DNA from: a virus | Strand: one strand, 5' to 3' | IMG/VR virus record: IMGVR_UViG_3300008952_000015 | Location: 32,001-96,000 of that record | DNA length: 64,000 nucleotides | Shown here: positions 1-10,619 of the stretch, in pieces | Layout: every line of letters starts with the position of its first letter | Position numbering within the stretch: position 1 is the stretch's first letter | The notes under the pieces: model-generated | Told to the model about the DNA's origin: nothing | Database searches by the model: none | The model's input: the letters and a program-made list of their open reading frames with translations, nothing else | Translations under genes and position numbers: made by a program

Positions 1-3000
1 TAAGGAAAATATTGCAGCCTGAAGGGCTTCAGAACACTCTGTGATAGGCGTTAGGCTCTTCGCATAAAAATCTTCTCTATCTCCTAACTGATCATATTTT
101 CTGGCATACTCTTCAGAGCTTATTCCTATAACAATTTTATTTAAATCATCATGAGTAAGTTTTAATACCTTTTCAGCAGTTGATAAGTCAAGGCCTATAT
201 CATATCCTATATATGAAGGAGATTCATTGTCCCTCATATATAAATTGTAAGAGTTAGACACAACGTCTGCTAGATATAAAGCGGAAGCGCCCTCTAGAGT
301 TCTCCCCATATACTCTTTGCCCTTCATTTTAGCAACCTTGCTTGTAATGCCCTCTTTGGAACCAGTGGGTTTACCCTCTTCGTACCAATCGCCGCCCTTT
401 CCTGTGGCTAATGGGTCGAGCAAGATTCTTGACCTATCCATCTCACTAAGAGCAGGGGGCTTGAGACTTCCTATTATCTCGTCTATAAGAGAGCCTGCAG
501 TTGGTCCGCTAGGTCCTTTCTTTCCAAATAAGGATGTGTAATCTACCGCACCACCTTTTGTTAATTCCAATCGGAAAACATCACCCACCTGCTGGCGCTC
601 AGTCGAACTCAAGTTAGCATAAGCACTTGGAATGGAGCGAAGAATAGACTTTGCTATGCCAACTGCCAAAAACTCCCTTACATTTTCTGGCGAATGATAC
701 AGCATTCTTTTGTCAACAGATTGAAATTGACTTAAATATACTTCTGTAAAATAAGAGAAAGACTGTGCGAGAAGAGAATCTGCCTCTGCCGATAACTCGT
801 CCTCCTCCTCTATCTCAACCTGCCTTATAATGGCCTCTATTGCACGCTTAGACCTGTCTGTTGCCACTGGCCCAAAGGACCCCTCTGTATCATCTTCTAA
901 ATCTATAGCATCAGGACTACCTATCATAGAGCCATGTATCTCTAATGTTGTAGCGAGCTTTAACCAGCCTTGCATGCTCAGTAAAAATGAACGTAAAAGT
1001 CTTCCGATAACTGTCGTTGTCTGATTAAGACCCTCTTCTCCACGCTCGGCCAAACGCTTTGCGTTAGCGCCCTTGAGATCGCTTTGACCCCTTTCTTCCT
1101 CCCACCGACTCATAGATGCAGAACCTTCTGCGTCATGAGTTACATATTTACCATCTGAATCTTTAGTCCCCATACCTGTGAATGCTTCTGTTGATTCAAG
1201 ATAAGTTCGCGTAGCGCCATCTGCAGACTCTCGCTCCCTAGCCGAGCTAAGTGTATTGCCTTCTTCTGAGCCCCAAATAAAGTCTCTGGGGGCAGCATAA
1301 AATCCATAATGGTCGCCATTTGGCCCCTTAAACATAATTCTTTTTAGCTTTTTACCGGATATTTCACTATTCTTCCGCTTCCACTCATCATACAGATATT
1401 TCCGGCTAGAATCTGACCCTATAAGCTCGCTTTCCCTTGCCGCAGAAATATAGGCTCTATTATTTTTGTCTCTAAGGTTCTTGAAAGTATTTTCAAAATT
1501 TTCCTCACCCTCTGTAAGCAATACTCCAGATGCTATAACGCTATTTCTATCATATGCAAAAGCACTTCGGTTCTTAAAGTTTATTCCAGTATGAGTTCTT
1601 GCGAAATAAACAGAATCTCTCAAAGAAAATACATGACCATGTTGACAAACAAGCTTTATATCTCCAAGGATCTCCATTCGATTCATGTTTGTACCCTTAA
1701 CTCTTTTGGTTAAGTTTGCAGGAGAAGCCATTGCTACAGATAACAGCTGTGATATTTTATTTAGCCTGCCATAATTTTCCAAAATTGCCAACGTATCAGG
1801 CTTAGGCTTGTTCATTTCAGAGTCAATGTCATTCGAAATAGAATCTATAACTGGTGGCAGATTAATATCCGAAGAAGGATTACTAGGATCTTTAATAAAG
1901 GGAAGAATATCACTAAGGTCAACGCCAAGCTCCACAAGAGTGTCTACCAGAGCCTGAAGGGTCTCTGCTGCCTGAGGGCCCCTTTCCTCAGAAAAGAGAA
2001 CGGCGTCATCCATAAGGGTCTTTATAAGGGCCGGCAATGAGCCTTCTCCGTCCCTCAGAAAGGAGGATAAACTAGTCTTTGCCCCACACACTAAGTATGT
2101 CAGAGTACCCTCTACAAGGTTAGCTGGCTGGCCGGCTTCATTCACCGGAGGATATACCCTGGATCTTACTATGTCAATATGTCCATCTTCACCATATGCT
2201 ATTGAGTCTGCAGATATTGGCCCCGATATAGGGCTCGCTAAATAAGAATACTTAGACAAATATCCCTCGCTCTTAATAGCAGCGTTAGCCTTACTGGGAT
2301 CAGCCCGATCCTCGGGTGACATTTCTGGCAAAATATCAATTTTTGCGGGACAATTAAAAAACTTATTAGAAAACTTCCAGCCGCCGCCGGACCTTTTCTT
2401 CAGCTCAGACATAAATCTATCTTTAGCCGACGCATCTAACTCGCCAGACTCTATCGCCGCATCTAGCTTGGCCTCAAAAGTCTTCTTTCCAGAAGATCCA
2501 TCGGCTGGGCCTCTGATTGTTTGCAAAGACTCAGGAGAAACATTTCCTCCGGAAGATATTATGGGACTTGGATCAAGATATAAGCCGCACTCAAAGTCTG
2601 TAATTTTAGGCTTCCACTTTGTGCCGCCCTTCTTGGCATCCTCTATAGACTGAACAAGTTCGACCGGCCTATCCCTTTTATCTGAATAAGGACACTTGTA
2701 TTTCCTTGCTGATACAGGCTTATCTGATTCGCTAACTCTTCTGGCCCCAAGTTGACGAAAAGCTTCCGACCTCCTAACAACTCCCTCTATATGCTCTGCC
2801 TTAGAGCCTGAACTTACCAGAGAGCTTATCTCAGGCCACGTCTTGGCTCCAGCATATTCAGGATGAGATTCTGGAGGCAGAAAGCCTCCTTCTTTTTGGT
2901 TCAATACGTCTTCTGTTATTAGGTCTCCACTCTTTGTAAATAAACTATATGAGGGAACATCATATTCCGAGTAATCTGACTTCTCCACGGAACCACTTCT

Positions 3001-4677
3001 GCCGCTACCTTTTGGATTTATAATAGCGGTTCTTGTATAAACGTTCTTGCCGCAAACAGAACATGATGAATAATTCCAATGCTTTGTTTTTACCTGAAAG
3101 GCCTTATTGTAAGCAAGATGACACAGTATTGCTCGCTGAAGCCCTCTTGCTACCCAGCTGCAAAAGGAAGACCTGGCCCAAGCTCCCGATGCGCTTTTTG
3201 AAAAAAATGTTTGTATTTTATTATGCAGCTGATGCATAAAAATATCCATAAAAGTTGCACTTAACTTCTCGTAATTATCTCTAAACTTCGATGGGATACT
3301 AGAGCTCTCCCCTTCCCCCAAATGAAACACCTCTGTCTGTATATCTACGAACACCAATGAGCCGCATATAAGAGCTAAGTCTGAAGCCATTGAGCTTTCT
3401 GCATCTCTAAACTCAGAAGAGAGCTCATACCCCCTACTCCTTAAAGCCTTATGCACCCCAAAGCCTTTTTTCCTATAGTCTCTATATAACAAGTCCGTTA
3501 CATGCTGATCTCTCTTCTTGATTGCAGAAAGCAAGTCATCTGTCCGATTGGCCAGGCGTCTTCTTTTCTCGTTATAAGTAATAAGCGCTGCTCGAAGATC
3601 TCTGCCTTCTTCCTTTTTGGAAACGCCATCAAGCTCCTCCATCATTCTGGAGGCTTGGTCCGAGATTGTATCTAGCTCAAGCCCTACAGCCTGTCTTAGA
3701 GCGACCATCTTGTCCAGTGAAACCGAAACAACAGGGGGGTCTACTGTCTCATCAACAATCAGCCCTGTAGCCTTATCACCTAATTTCTTAAAAATAGGAT
3801 GAAAGTTTAACGGAGTAATATGATCATCTTCTTCTCTCGCAGCCCTAAGCCTTTGATAGTAATTATTTCCAGAATTTTCCGCTTCAAAAAACTTATCTGT
3901 CGTATCTACGCTCGTATAGACATTGTCTATATTTATTTTATCAGGCTCTGTCGGCCAATCATTTTGCCTTCCTGCGAATTTTCCGCTTACCGCCTCAAAC
4001 ATCTCTTCTGAGACAGCGTCAGAAGAATGTGGTTCATGAAGAGACTCTACGTCTAGAACAGGCTGCCGAATACGTTCGACTCTACTAGGAGCCTTGGGAT
4101 CTTCTGGCTCATCACCTTCACCTGCATAATATAAGCTTGTATTAAATTCATCTTCAAAAAAATCGCGAAGACCATACTCGCGTATAAAGAAGTCAATATT
4201 CTCTGCAGTCTCGCCCGATTCTTTATTAAGATTAATCTCAACGCCTGATGGCTGAAGAGCTATTGCCAAATATTCTGCAGCGTAAAGCACGCCACCTTCG
4301 TTGAAACGTGAATGAAAGTTAGTGTGAAGCTCCTTCATGAAAGCCTCTTCTTCCTTGCCCTGGCCTTCAGAGCCATAATCTTCCTCAGAGCCATAATCTT
4401 CCCGGCCTTCGGATTCATCATCATAATCGTCCTGCGGGTCCCAGCTAGTTAGAGTTCCCCACCCGTCGTCCTCGTCCGAGGGGTATGGATCTTCGTGGTC
4501 GCCGCCGTCGCCACCAAAAGTATCGTCTCTTAAAAGCCCAGGCTGATAGGGAGCTACCTGAAAGGCACTTGCTATTTCTTTGTGAACATCCCCTAGGGCA
4601 ATCACAAATTCACTATGAGCCTCCTCGCCTTCTATAGGTAGTTTTCTCAAGATTGCTTGAATTTTATATTTACTCAT
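1..4677 (-). CDS. Very large hypothetical protein (>1550 aa), truncated at the left window edge; acidic N-terminus and scattered Zn-knuckle motifs
   Basis: ATG at 4675-4677 (MSKYKIQAILRKLPIEGEE...). Hand translation found no stop from 4677 down to about 1560 or in bases 1-60; the rest was not translated. Its absence from the ORF track is consistent with no stop before the edge. Contains CSVC, YKCPY, ECGL, NCPA, VCGA and CQHGH. Confidence 0.85.
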   Translation of the reverse strand, partial: MSKYKIQAILRKLPIEGEEAHSEFVIALGDVHKEIASAFQVAPYQPGLLRDDTFGGDGGDHEDPYPSDEDDGWGTLTSWDPQDDYDDESEGREDYGSEEDYGSEGQGKEEEAFMKELHTNFHSRFNEGGVLYAAEYLAIALQPSGVEINLNKESGETAENIDFFIREYGLRDFFEDEFNTSLYYAGEGDEPEDPKAPSRVERIRQPVLDVESLHEPHSSDAVSEEMFEAVSGKFAGRQNDWPTEPDKINIDNVYTSVDTTDKFFEAENSGNNYYQRLRAAREEDDHITPLNFHPIFKKLGDKATGLIVDETVDPPVVSVSLDKMVALRQAVGLELDTISDQASRMMEELDGVSKKEEGRDLRAALITYNEKRRRLANRTDDLLSAIKKRDQHVTDLLYRDYRKKGFGVHKALRSRGYELSSEFRDAESSMASDLALICGSLVFVDIQTEVFHLGEGESSSIPSKFRDNYEKLSATFMDIFMHQLHNKIQTFFSKSASGAWARSSFCSWVARGLQRAILCHLAYNKAFQVKTKHWNYSSCSVCGKNVYTRTAIINPKGSGRSGSVEKSDYSEYDVPSYSLFTKSGDLITEDVLNQKEGGFLPPESHPEYAGAKTWPEISSLVSSGSKAEHIEGVVRRSEAFRQLGARRVSESDKPVSARKYKCPYSDKRDRPVELVQSIEDAKKGGTKWKPKITDFECGLYLDPSPIISSGGNVSPESLQTIRGPADGSSGKKTFEAKLDAAIESGELDASAKDRFMSELKKRSGGGWKFSNKFFNCPAKIDILPEMSPEDRADPSKANAAIKSEGYLSKYSYLASPISGPISADSIAYGEDGHIDIVRSRVYPPVNEAGQPANLVEGTLTYLVCGAKTSLSSFLRDGEGSLPALIKTLMDDAVLFSEERGPQAAETLQALVDTLVELGVDLSDILPFIKDPSNPSSDINLPPVIDSISNDIDSEMNKPKPDTLAILENYGRLNKISQLLSVAMASPANLTKRVKGTNMNRMEILGDIKLVCQHGHVFSLRDSVYFARTHTGINFKNRSAFAYDRNSVIASGVLLTEGEENFENTFKNLRDKNNRAYISAARESELIGSDSSRKYLYDEWKRKNSEISGKKLKRIMFKGPNGDHYGFYAAPRDFIWGSEEGNTLSSARERESADGATRTYLESTEAFTGMGTKDSDGKYVTHDAEGSASMSRWEEERGQSDLKGANAKRLAERGEEGLNQTTTVIGRLLRSFLLSMQGWLKLATTLEIHGSMIGSPDAIDLEDDTEGSFGPVATDRSKRAIEAIIRQVEIEEEDELSAEADSLLAQSFSYFTEVYLSQFQSVDKRMLYHSPENVREFLAVGIAKSILRSIPSAYANLSSTERQQVGDVFRLELTKGGAVDYTSLFGKKGPSGPTAGSLIDEIIGSLKPPALSEMDRSRILLDPLATGKGGDWYEEGKPTGSKEGITSKVAKMKGKEYMGRTLEGASALYLADVVSNSYNLYMRDNESPSYIGYDIGLDLSTAEKVLKLTHDDLNKIVIGISSEEYARKYDQLGDREDFYAKSLTPITECSEALQAAIFSL

Positions 4678-4754
4678 CTTATTCCCTTAAATTAAACCAC
4701 ATAGCAAAATAACTGCTCAACAAATATTCTTTTATAATCATCTCTATTCTTTTT

Positions 4755-4764
4755 ATTAGTAATA
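4755..4764 (-). promoter_or_regulatory. Motif B (TATTACTAAT), putative phage late promoter
   Basis: Lies about 80 nt upstream of the 4677 ATG; identical or near-identical copies at 40688-40697 (-) and 45377-45386 (+). Confidence 0.5.
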
Positions 4765-4815
4765 TAATCCTCTTCTGTAATATTAAAATATTATAGCGGC
4801 ATAATACTGCGTATA

Positions 4816-6105
4816 TTACCTTATTCCAAAGGTTAGCTCAAATTCCTCTTCTATAGAAGAAACAAGCGTAGAGATATACTCTTTGGCCCTCCCCAGGTGA
4901 GTCGCCTCAGACCTAGTCGCTGCAACCATAGCCCTAGAGAACGAGGGATCTACCCCTACAGAGTTATCTCCTGAATTGTTTATTGCAGAAATAATCTCTT
5001 TGTCACTTATGTCTATATGACCGGCCATAGGGCCTTCGATGCCAAGCATCGTAGATAGTTCTCTTTGCAAATATGGATTATCAATATGTTCTGGCCACTC
5101 CCAAACGGGCTTGGCAGCTATTGCTTTATAATAAACCCCATTATCATTGTAATTAAAAAAATCTTTCTCAAAAACAGGGGTAAGCCTAATTCCCTCGGAG
5201 GACCATAAATCAACGTATAAAAGTTCTATCGACTCATTGCCTACTCTCTTAATGGGGGTCGTTAGGCCGTACCCTCTTTTTACAAAGCGTTTCTTTATGT
5301 ATGTTCCATTTTCATTAAAAAACCTTTTATCTTGAGCCAAAAGCCTTCTTACGCTATAAGCGCCAGGATATCTGCAGAAAATATTGGACAAAGGATAAGT
5401 CGCTGAAATGAAATTATTATGCCCAAGAGTCCCATTGATAAGAAGGGGAACCTGCTCAATTCCGTCGTTATAATACTTAAACAATAAATATGGCATATCA
5501 GAGAAGAAGTCTGAGAGGGTGCTCTTGACACTGTCAAACTCTGCTGGTGTCAGACCCGCATCTATCTTTGCAACCAACCCCTTGGCTTTATCGTGAATAA
5601 ACCTAGCCACACAATATACCAGCACCTGGATTCGTGCCCGAGCCTTTGCTAGGGCCACCCCCTCTACCTCTAACATGTAGTCCATCCCATGAGACTCAAG
5701 GTCTTTATCGCTTACTCCTGACAGACCTCTTATATAGGCGTCCTGAATTAAATTGATCTCCTTTATATCTACATCTAAAAGATCTTTATATCTTTTCACA
5801 AAGAATTGCAGCCGACCCCTTAGCTGCTCTATTTGAACATCTGTAATGATTCTAGTTTTTTCTTCTGCTTTATTTTCATATTGCTCATAAAATAGATGTC
5901 TATTTCCTCGAAATAAACTCATAGCGGTACGCATTTCATCTATTGATTCCGCACCAATTTTTTCAAAGGGATACTCAACAAAATCTTTCTCTATGGCGAG
6001 AAGCCTTATTTTGTATTGCTTTTTAGAGCCTTTGTTGAGCAAAGATATCTTATATCTTGCAATATCTTTTTCTTCAGCAATATGTTTTAAAACAGCATCA
6101 TTCAT
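4816..6105 (-). CDS. Hypothetical protein
   Basis: 429-aa ORF overlapping the 3' end of the upstream sigma gene; no motif recognised. Confidence 0.8.
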   Translation of the reverse strand: MNDAVLKHIAEEKDIARYKISLLNKGSKKQYKIRLLAIEKDFVEYPFEKIGAESIDEMRTAMSLFRGNRHLFYEQYENKAEEKTRIITDVQIEQLRGRLQFFVKRYKDLLDVDIKEINLIQDAYIRGLSGVSDKDLESHGMDYMLEVEGVALAKARARIQVLVYCVARFIHDKAKGLVAKIDAGLTPAEFDSVKSTLSDFFSDMPYLLFKYYNDGIEQVPLLINGTLGHNNFISATYPLSNIFCRYPGAYSVRRLLAQDKRFFNENGTYIKKRFVKRGYGLTTPIKRVGNESIELLYVDLWSSEGIRLTPVFEKDFFNYNDNGVYYKAIAAKPVWEWPEHIDNPYLQRELSTMLGIEGPMAGHIDISDKEIISAINNSGDNSVGVDPSFSRAMVAATRSEATHLGRAKEYISTLVSSIEEEFELTFGIR

Positions 6106-6865
6106 CTCTTACTATCAAATCTCCAAGCATATCTGTTATGAGCTTGTACTTAGAAAGCTTCTTCAACCTCATACTTGCGGCCCACCCAGTTAGGCCAACT
6201 TCGCTAGCGGCATCTTTTATGGAGAACCCATCCAAACATACCTTTCTTAAAATAATGTAAGTCTTCTCGTCCACTAGAGAAGCCACTTTTTCTATGGCCA
6301 GCTCTAGATCTATTCTCTCATATACAGTTCCATCTTCAGAATACAAGGAATCAGAATTAGACAAAGTATTTTGAAATTCACAATACTCCTCCCCACTATT
6401 AGGGTCTACCTTTGCCATAGCGCTAAAGCTCAACTCCTCTCTTGATTTTCTATACTTAGGCTTCTCTTCTTCTCCAGGCGCAGAAAGCTCTCTCAAAGAG
6501 CATGCATCATTAGATAGCTTATTTACGCTTTTAATTTTAGATATCAACTTATTTCTAAGATGTGTATGTAAAAAGGTGCTTAATTTAACTTTTTTGTCAG
6601 GATCATAAGCGTTTATGCCCTCTACTATTATAATAGAAAGCTCTTGCTTTATATCCTCATAAGTATATCCAGGGAGATATGTCCTCGATGACCACTTGCA
6701 CAGCAGCGGGTCTATTCGCTCAAGAACCCTTGAGTACCCCTGTTTTGTCTTCATGTCAATATAGACCTTCTCTTCATACATCTCTACATATCCGCTGTAA
6801 GCATTCTTCATATGATCTCCCATCTCATTCCGCCCAGGCTTCTTGGCAGATTGCTTTATAGTCAC
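6098..6865 (-). CDS. Sigma-70 family RNA polymerase sigma factor (short, regions 2 and 4)
   Basis: Region 2-like EDIKQEL...AYDPDKKVKLSTFLHTHLRNKL; C-terminal HTH GFSIKDAASEVGLT. True start probably downstream (MGDH or MKNA). Confidence 0.8.
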   Translation of the reverse strand: MTIKQSAKKPGRNEMGDHMKNAYSGYVEMYEEKVYIDMKTKQGYSRVLERIDPLLCKWSSRTYLPGYTYEDIKQELSIIIVEGINAYDPDKKVKLSTFLHTHLRNKLISKIKSVNKLSNDACSLRELSAPGEEEKPKYRKSREELSFSAMAKVDPNSGEEYCEFQNTLSNSDSLYSEDGTVYERIDLELAIEKVASLVDEKTYIILRKVCLDGFSIKDAASEVGLTGWAASMRLKKLSKYKLITDMLGDLIVRDE

Positions 6866-7589
6866 ACCAGTTACATAAAAATGTTGGCTTCTTAATCCAC
6901 GTATTGTCAGTTTCTATGTGTGATGCATTTTTCAACAAAAGCTTGTTACACCTATCTAAGTCAGAAGCTCTAAAGGTAAAGTCTTTAGTTTTACACTTAT
7001 GCTTAAGAAGCAGAAAGGATCCATGTACAACCTTCACATCTCCATACTTGCGGTTTAAAGCCTCAGCATATACCAGGAGCTGAAACTCAGACAAATATTT
7101 TTCATTCTTACTTGTCTTATAATCAACTACCCTATACTCTCCTGGGCCTACTTTGTCAACTCTATCTATATAGCCTCGAACAATAGAATCTCCATCTATC
7201 TTAAATGAGAAAGGCATTTCAACCCCTATAACATTTGGCATTCCGTTTTCTTTGATATTGTCCAAATAATCTTGGATTATCTCCCTCATGTAAATTATGC
7301 CAGGCTGATCCCCATCTGGAGTCCAAGTAGGTTCCTCTAAGATGTTTATGTCAAACTCTTTTACGCCAGCCTGAAAACACTTCTTCATAAGAAGGGGGTA
7401 TTCTTCCTTCTTTACGGGCCTCTTTAGAATCTCTAGGTGAAAAAGCTCTAGAATCCTATGAGCACAAGAGCCGAACTCTGTAAAGTTCCACTTAGACTCC
7501 TCTACCTCCGGCTTTTCTATATACCTGTAATGATATTTCTTCGGACACTTTGTATATGTATCCATTGATGACACTGATAATTTTAACAA
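6825..7589 (-). CDS. PD-(D/E)XK RecB/Cas4-like exonuclease
   Basis: N-terminal LSVSS..TYTKCP, GYIDRVD, VVDYKT, QL.VY and C-terminal CNWC...C (four-Cys Fe-S pattern). Confidence 0.88.
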   Translation of the reverse strand: MLKLSVSSMDTYTKCPKKYHYRYIEKPEVEESKWNFTEFGSCAHRILELFHLEILKRPVKKEEYPLLMKKCFQAGVKEFDINILEEPTWTPDGDQPGIIYMREIIQDYLDNIKENGMPNVIGVEMPFSFKIDGDSIVRGYIDRVDKVGPGEYRVVDYKTSKNEKYLSEFQLLVYAEALNRKYGDVKVVHGSFLLLKHKCKTKDFTFRASDLDRCNKLLLKNASHIETDNTWIKKPTFLCNWCDYKAICQEAWAE

Positions 7590-7602
7590 AACTTTTCTCC
7601 AT

Positions 7603-8478
7603 TTAAAACAACTGACTTAATGCCCGATCCTGGATCCACCTATAAACAAAGCGCCCCGTTGATCCAGATCCAATTCTCAAGGTTTTCCGATCTATAGTCT
7701 GCTCCGATCTCAACCACCTAGACTCAAGGCTCTCCCAATAATATGATACATATTTCTTTGTCTTTGGGTTGTAAAAGCTTCTTACGAAATTTCCTGTTAT
7801 TATTGGCTCTTTCTCGCCCAGCCTCTCTTTATAAAAATTTGTAGTTGTTCCAAATGTATTATAGGGACGATTAACAATCTTGACAACTTGATTGTCTCTA
7901 GCTTCTTCTGTCGACCCATCTATAATAATAAACTTTGCAGACGGGTCGAAATTTGGGTTATTATTCGGAGAAGATATGGGGTCGGGCTTCATCGCCTGAT
8001 TTTTTAATGGAAAATTTATAAACTCCTTAGAGGTCTTGCCTCCTGCAATAGCTTCTCCGCCAGCATTGGTCTTAGAGCTTTTGATTTCAAGACCCCCTAT
8101 ATCCACAGAGGTCTTTTGAGCCTCCTCTCCATCAGATGTATACCCTAGACTATCGATAGACTCATCTCCGTATCTCATAACAACGATGCCTTCTTCTCCT
8201 AGAATTCTAGGTCCCCCAAGATCTGTAGAGCTATTCTCATATTGAGCAGTTACTATATCAGAAGAATCACTTCCAGAGATAGCTATAGCTTTCACCTTCA
8301 GCGTTCCAGCTAATGTGGGCAGGAATACCTTGCCTATGGCAATAAGAGAAAGCTCTGTAGGCTCTGAGTCATCTAAGGTGTAGTAAACAGTCGAGGGCAC
8401 GTCTGTTTCAAATGATATAGTCTCAGGAAACCCATCTAAAAGCTCTCCCTCTCCCTCTATTATAGTTAAACTAATCAT
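7603..8478 (-). CDS. Putative virion protein with N-terminal Fn3-associated/chitobiase-C-like domain
   Basis: TVYYTLDDSEPT...LKVKAIAI motif. Confidence 0.55.
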   Translation of the reverse strand: MISLTIIEGEGELLDGFPETISFETDVPSTVYYTLDDSEPTELSLIAIGKVFLPTLAGTLKVKAIAISGSDSSDIVTAQYENSSTDLGGPRILGEEGIVVMRYGDESIDSLGYTSDGEEAQKTSVDIGGLEIKSSKTNAGGEAIAGGKTSKEFINFPLKNQAMKPDPISSPNNNPNFDPSAKFIIIDGSTEEARDNQVVKIVNRPYNTFGTTTNFYKERLGEKEPIITGNFVRSFYNPKTKKYVSYYWESLESRWLRSEQTIDRKTLRIGSGSTGRFVYRWIQDRALSQLF

Positions 8479-8513
8479 CAGATCTCCTTACCTATATATT
8501 AAAAATTAATATA

Positions 8514-10619
8514 CTATCTCTTTAAAAACTCAAGCTCGCTCTCACCATTTATTTTCGTAACGTCTATAACGTTATCAAATTTCTCCTTTAGTGACTCATC
8601 ATGCGTAATTACCAAAATTTTGTATCTATCTTCTAATGATTTTATAACATTAACAAATAGGGTCTCTACCCCATACCTATCCAAAGGAGAGTTTACTTCA
8701 TCTAAAAGCAAAAACTCTAGAGAGGACCCGCCGTAACGACTCGAAATATCAGAAAGAGCAACTCTTAGTGCCAATGAAATTCTGAACTTCTCCCCGCCAC
8801 TTAATGACTTGAAGTTCTGTAAATGCCCATCCTTTCTAACTTTTAGGTCCAAAGTCTCAATGATAGAGACGCCATCTGCACCCATCCTTTGGGTATCCAG
8901 CACTATAACTGACGGCTCGTTGGATATAGATGACAAAATTCCATTTGAAGTCTCCTCTAGATCCTCTATAACAAAGTCTAATAATATAGTTTGAATGCCG
9001 CCCTTTCCAAACATTTTTCCAAGCTTTTCGAAGAGTGAGGCTCTCTTTAGCTTCTTCATAATCTTCTTCTTATCCTTCTGCATCTTGGCTTCACGTTGAG
9101 CTAAGACAGAATGCCTCTCAGCTAATCTTCCCGCTTCTTTGTCCTGCTCGGACATAAGAGCTTTTGCTTCATCCCTATCATTTTTAAGACTCTTTAATTT
9201 CGCCCTTAGGCTCTGAAAATCATCATTCTTAATAGACTCCAATATATCCATGTTATTTTTTATCTTAAACAAAACCTGTGATAACTTATTCTCGGATATT
9301 TTTGCGGCATCAAGCTCGCGCTTCAGAGAGTCCTCAATAAGATTTAGCTTGTATTGCGCAGAGTCTGTCTTTGACACAATTTTTGCAATCTCTTTGTTAT
9401 CTCTTTCAATAGAGATCGAAGCTTCCAGCTGCTCTTCTATAGTTAGAATTTTATCATTAGCTTCTGAAAACTGCTCAGAATAGCGCTTCTTCCTATCATT
9501 GTGATCGCACTTTAGCTTAGAGTGTATTTCGTCACTAATAGACTGCTCACATGTGTAGCACTCTCCGACCAAGATCTCTCTGTCATCTAAGGTCCTAAGT
9601 ACCTCTTGGGAAGAAGCCTTCCTCGCCTTATAGTGAATAAGCTGAGCTCTTAAGCCCTCTAGCCTACCCTCTTCCAAAGGGTTTATAGATCTTCCTGATA
9701 GCTCCTCGTCAAGGTTAGTCAAGGTCTTTTTCAGGGAAAGTTTATCCTTATCGTATGACTCTATTGTCTGCTTAAGCGTAAGACTCTTTTTTTCTAAAGA
9801 CTCTTTTTCTGAGTTCAATTTCCTTAGATCCTCTATAACTCTATCATAGGTATCTGTATCCAGAGACTTTTTCATAACAATATATTTGCTATCTAATGAT
9901 GCAATTTCATCCACAACGGACTGGTGCCGACTCTTTAAAGACGCAGCATTCTTTTCTGCCTCACCTATCTGCAAAGCTGTCTCTGCCAGCCTTTCCACCA
10001 CATCATCATAATCAGACACTGCCCCTCTTAATACTTTGCACTCTGAGTTAATATCTCGAACCCTTTTTCTTGCCCCCTTTTCGTAGTCATCCCATCTAGA
10101 TATATCTACAATAGACTTCAATATCTCCTTCTTCTTAGAAGGGTCAGACTCTGCAAATTCTGATATATCATTTTGTCTAAAGTAAACAGAGTTTATAAAA
10201 GTTTTATATTCTAACTTTATAAGCTCTTCTATTTTCAAGTTTGTATCACCAGATGTTGAACATGAAATATTTTGCCACTCCCCGTCCTTTCCTAGGATAT
10301 AAAACTCAACCGAAGAGGTGGAGCTCATTCTGTTTCTAACTCTCGTCACTAAATATTTTACATCGTTGTGAGAGAACTCAAGCTCCACCGAGCAAATTTT
10401 TTCTCCCCACCTAATGATATCATCCATCATTGCAGCTCTAGATTTATTAAACAGACACCACAGCACTGCTTCAAACACAGCGCTCTTTCCAGAGCCATTA
10501 GATTTACTGTAGTTCCCCTCTGTGTTTCCTATGAGCAAAGCTGAGTTAAACATAGAGAAATCAATTTCACTATCTTTGTGAGAAAAAAAGTTTTTCATCT
10601 TAAGTCTTGAGGGTATCAT
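8514..10619 (-). CDS. sbcC: SbcC/Rad50-like (T4 gp46-like) SMC ATPase
   Basis: Walker A NGSGKS, coiled coil with CYTC Zn hook, LSGGE signature, LLLDE Walker B, ITH H-loop. Confidence 0.93.
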   Translation of the reverse strand: MIPSRLKMKNFFSHKDSEIDFSMFNSALLIGNTEGNYSKSNGSGKSAVFEAVLWCLFNKSRAAMMDDIIRWGEKICSVELEFSHNDVKYLVTRVRNRMSSTSSVEFYILGKDGEWQNISCSTSGDTNLKIEELIKLEYKTFINSVYFRQNDISEFAESDPSKKKEILKSIVDISRWDDYEKGARKRVRDINSECKVLRGAVSDYDDVVERLAETALQIGEAEKNAASLKSRHQSVVDEIASLDSKYIVMKKSLDTDTYDRVIEDLRKLNSEKESLEKKSLTLKQTIESYDKDKLSLKKTLTNLDEELSGRSINPLEEGRLEGLRAQLIHYKARKASSQEVLRTLDDREILVGECYTCEQSISDEIHSKLKCDHNDRKKRYSEQFSEANDKILTIEEQLEASISIERDNKEIAKIVSKTDSAQYKLNLIEDSLKRELDAAKISENKLSQVLFKIKNNMDILESIKNDDFQSLRAKLKSLKNDRDEAKALMSEQDKEAGRLAERHSVLAQREAKMQKDKKKIMKKLKRASLFEKLGKMFGKGGIQTILLDFVIEDLEETSNGILSSISNEPSVIVLDTQRMGADGVSIIETLDLKVRKDGHLQNFKSLSGGEKFRISLALRVALSDISSRYGGSSLEFLLLDEVNSPLDRYGVETLFVNVIKSLEDRYKILVITHDESLKEKFDNVIDVTKINGESELEFLKR

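Noticed and set aside
6825-7589. CRISPR-Cas system suggested by the Cas4-like gene
   Set aside because: No repeat-spacer array or other cas genes were seen; solo Cas4/RecB-like nucleases are common in phages.
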